NCBI GenBank assembly: GCA_008632985.1
Contig: QPGO01000014.1
Location: 372,001-436,000 of the forward strand
Direction of reading: 5' to 3'
DNA length: 64,000 nucleotides
DNA from: Psammoneis japonica
Taxonomy: Eukaryota
Of this stretch, positions 61,429 to 64,000 are shown piece after piece. The position numbers and the translations under genes were made by a program. Within the stretch, counting starts at the first letter, position 1. Every line of letters begins with the position of its first letter. Under the pieces are notes generated by a model. That model was not told where the DNA came from. It saw only the letters and a program-made list of their open reading frames with translations, and ran no database searches.

Positions 61429-64000
61429 ATGCCTCGTCATATCAAAGGAAGGAACAAAAACTTTCATTCAGTAGCGCAATCTGAATCGAGCTCGTCGGAT
61501 CCTTGTGGTCATGCTGACGAAGCTCCGGAACCGCGACCTGTGGCTCTTCATGTGGTGGGAAAGTCTCATTCTCGGTTTGTCGAGAGTCTTAGACGGTCAA
61601 GAGAAACTGCAGTTGGGAATTTTGGTAATACTCCACTAAAAACAGGAGAGTGGGAGCCGCTACCGAGCAGAAAGAAAGCACCAACGACGACGACAAGTGC
61701 CGTGGTTTCACCAGAGGCAGATGTGAGGAAGAAATCCGTGAAATTTAACCAACGGAATTCTGAATATAATCTCTCGCAGACACCAAGTACACGCGATGAG
61801 TTAAACAGACCGGCATCTGAGAAACGCCCAATCAATCGAGTTAAGGAGGAGTTTCAGGGTCCCAAGCTTTCTCGTGATGATTTGGAACGAATGAGAAGTT
61901 ATTCAGGCACATCACGGATGAAGCCGGGGTTGACCCTGATTGACCTGCTAGAACCGTCGGCTTTCAATGGATCACCCTCTATGGTGGGGATGGTTGTCAA
62001 GATGAAGAAGCGAAGAAAAGCACCGGAAGGGGTCTCATTTTCCAGGAAATCCAGAGATTTCAAATCCACTCCCGAGCTTCGACAGAGGAAAGAGAAGCCA
62101 TCTCATTTGAAGAGGAGGGCCAAGTCTTCTCCGATACTAGAACACATCACCCCTCGCAGGAGAGAAGCTCGACCTGCCAAAGTTTTCGAGGAAGAGACCA
62201 GTGCTCCTCCGTTGACCAAAGAGTTGTTGAAAGCGAATGCCAGAGCTGTGTCGAAACAGCTGGATCTGCAAGATGCTGTCGCAACGGTCATTCTCTCGAG
62301 GTATCAGAACCATGTAATTGAATCGCAAATAACAGATCGGAAAAGGGCGCAATGGCACTCTTGCTACAGAGGTTACTTTGTGCGCCGAACAAACAAGAAA
62401 GAAATTGACGTTTTGAGAATCTCAGACGGTGTCATGCACCAGGTGTGGACCGGATACTTCAAGGACATTGACTTTCACTTGGACTTGATTGATATCATTA
62501 CCGTTCAGAGCGTAGTCCGACGACAAAGACCGAGAGCAGACTTTCTGGAAAAGAGAAACGCTGCGATTAGCATACAGAGCTCAGCACGCCGTTGGATTGC
62601 TGAAGAGAACTACGATGCGTTGCTTGAGGAACGTAGTAGGCAGCATGAAGAGGATCGTGCGGCAACTCGTATCCAGGCAGTGGCGAGAGCATGGGTTGCA
62701 ATTCGGCAGGTTGAAATCTTGAAACAGATTCAGGAGTTTGTTGAAGCCGAACGAGTAGCTAGGGCCAAGGATGACAAGGCCGCAGTAGTAATCCAATCGA
62801 GTTGGCGCGGATATTGTGGTCGCGTTGATTTCTTGAGTGCTATTTTGTCCGCAGTGCTTATTCAGACCACAGCGAGGCAGTGGCTTGCGCGTCGTGAAGT
62901 CAGACTGCTGAGGATTAAAGAAAGGAGGCAAGTGGAGAAAGAAAAACAACGTGCAGCTCATGAAAGGAACAAGATGATAAAGAAAAGAGAGAGGGCGGCA
63001 ACGTTGATACAGAGCACCTGGAGATCTCACTCTTGCCAGGCCAATTACCTTGCCGCAGTACTGGCAGCCATAATAGTCCAGTCTTGCATCAGGCGTTACT
63101 TGGCTAGCCGTGACTATTCGACAAAGGTCGAGGGCGCTGCGAAGATCCAAGCGCTCTCGCGTGGTATCTCAGGGAAGAAAGAGGCTGAAGAGTTACAGGA
63201 GAGAAATGTTGCATCTCTTCCTTCATCAAGAGCGGCAGAAGACATGCAATCTGAAGGCACGGAATCTCTTTATACTACAACAACAGCTGCAGAAGGCGCT
63301 CAACCTGGAGGAACAGAGCCTTTGTTAGCGGCAGAAGACATGCAATCTGAATGCACAGAGTCTCTATACACTACAACAACAGCTGCAGGCACTCAACCTG
63401 AAGCATCAACAGCGGCAGAAGACATACAATCTGAAGGCACAGAATCTCTATATACTACAACGACAGCAGGAGAAGGCACTCAACCTTACGGAACAGAATA
63501 TCTATATCCTACAGAAGAAGCAGAAGATACGCAATCTGAAGGCATGGAATCTCTATATCCTACAGCAGCGGCACTAGACACGCAATCTGAAGGCACAGAA
63601 TTGCTCTGTACGGCTACAACAGCAGCGGAAGACATGCGATTTGAAGGAGCAGAAGTGGCGCATATTGGCGCTCAACCGCAGCCGTCGACTGCAGCCGTGT
63701 TCGCTGTCGCAAACCTGGCTAATCCCAGAAGTAGCGATTCGCACTTGGTTCAAGGGGCTGCCAGGAGAGTTAACGGAAGGGAGGAGCAAGAGAAAAAATC
63801 CAATTGCGCCACTTCCATCCAGTCTGTTGCAAGGGCCTTCTTGGCTACGCGAAAGTACAGGAAAGTCATTCGTAGTGTCTGTCGGTTGCAAGCTGTGTAT
63901 CGCGCTCAGAAGATCCGCGATGCCGTCAGCCAGCTCCAGCAACGCCAGCGTGCCGCTACCTTGATTCAGTGTAACACGAGGGGATTCTTGACCAGATTCA
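61429..64000 (+). CDS. Multi-IQ-motif calmodulin-binding protein (ASPM-like IQ array), runs off the window
   Basis: Open frame from ATG 61429 with about 10 IQ-like motifs (IQSSARR, IQAVARA, IQSSWRG, IQTTARQ, IQSTWRS, VQSCIRR, IQALSRG, IQSVARA, IQCNTRG). Confidence 0.8.
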   Translation, partial: MPRHIKGRNKNFHSVAQSESSSSDPCGHADEAPEPRPVALHVVGKSHSRFVESLRRSRETAVGNFGNTPLKTGEWEPLPSRKKAPTTTTSAVVSPEADVRKKSVKFNQRNSEYNLSQTPSTRDELNRPASEKRPINRVKEEFQGPKLSRDDLERMRSYSGTSRMKPGLTLIDLLEPSAFNGSPSMVGMVVKMKKRRKAPEGVSFSRKSRDFKSTPELRQRKEKPSHLKRRAKSSPILEHITPRRREARPAKVFEEETSAPPLTKELLKANARAVSKQLDLQDAVATVILSRYQNHVIESQITDRKRAQWHSCYRGYFVRRTNKKEIDVLRISDGVMHQVWTGYFKDIDFHLDLIDIITVQSVVRRQRPRADFLEKRNAAISIQSSARRWIAEENYDALLEERSRQHEEDRAATRIQAVARAWVAIRQVEILKQIQEFVEAERVARAKDDKAAVVIQSSWRGYCGRVDFLSAILSAVLIQTTARQWLARREVRLLRIKERRQVEKEKQRAAHERNKMIKKRERAATLIQSTWRSHSCQANYLAAVLAAIIVQSCIRRYLASRDYSTKVEGAAKIQALSRGISGKKEAEELQERNVASLPSSRAAEDMQSEGTESLYTTTTAAEGAQPGGTEPLLAAEDMQSECTESLYTTTTAAGTQPEASTAAEDIQSEGTESLYTTTTAGEGTQPYGTEYLYPTEEAEDTQSEGMESLYPTAAALDTQSEGTELLCTATTAAEDMRFEGAEVAHIGAQPQPSTAAVFAVANLANPRSSDSHLVQGAARRVNGREEQEKKSNCATSIQSVARAFLATRKYRKVIRSVCRLQAVYRAQKIRDAVSQLQQRQRAATLIQCNTRGFLTRF
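63232..63650 (+). repeat. Coding tandem repeat, about 6 units of 'AAEDMQSEGTESLY(T/P)T'
   Basis: Variants of gcggcagaagacatgcaatctgaaggcac recur near 63232, 63328, 63412, 63520, 63570 and 63625. Confidence 0.85.

Overview
Eukaryotic DNA with spliceosomal introns, most likely from a diatom (inferred from CoDi-type Copia elements, a silicanin-like gene and RxL motifs). Host genes: two inverted Spc25 copies, a Cys-rich F-box-like gene plus a deleted copy, an ABCB transporter with the atypical order TMD-NBD-NBD-TMD, Sec3, a silicanin-like protein, two SLC35B3/PAPST2 paralogues, two coiled-coil/PH paralogues, a MYND-RING-TPR-RING protein, a SNAP-25-like SNARE and a long IQ-motif protein. Mobile DNA: two complete Ty1/Copia elements (14543-21755 +, 44896-52313 -), a Harbinger-like MITE nested in the second, a small TIR element, and three heavily decayed blocks. 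The main finding is a repeat-targeted TpA->TpG/CpA hypermutation acting on both strands, the reverse direction to fungal RIP. Conserved Tyr codons become Cys or His. Every substitution between paired LTRs falls in a YpR dinucleotide. The effect also appears in a disrupted host gene, while the nested MITE is untouched. All counts and alignments were made by eye. Scattered 1-bp frameshifts in host genes are probably assembly errors.
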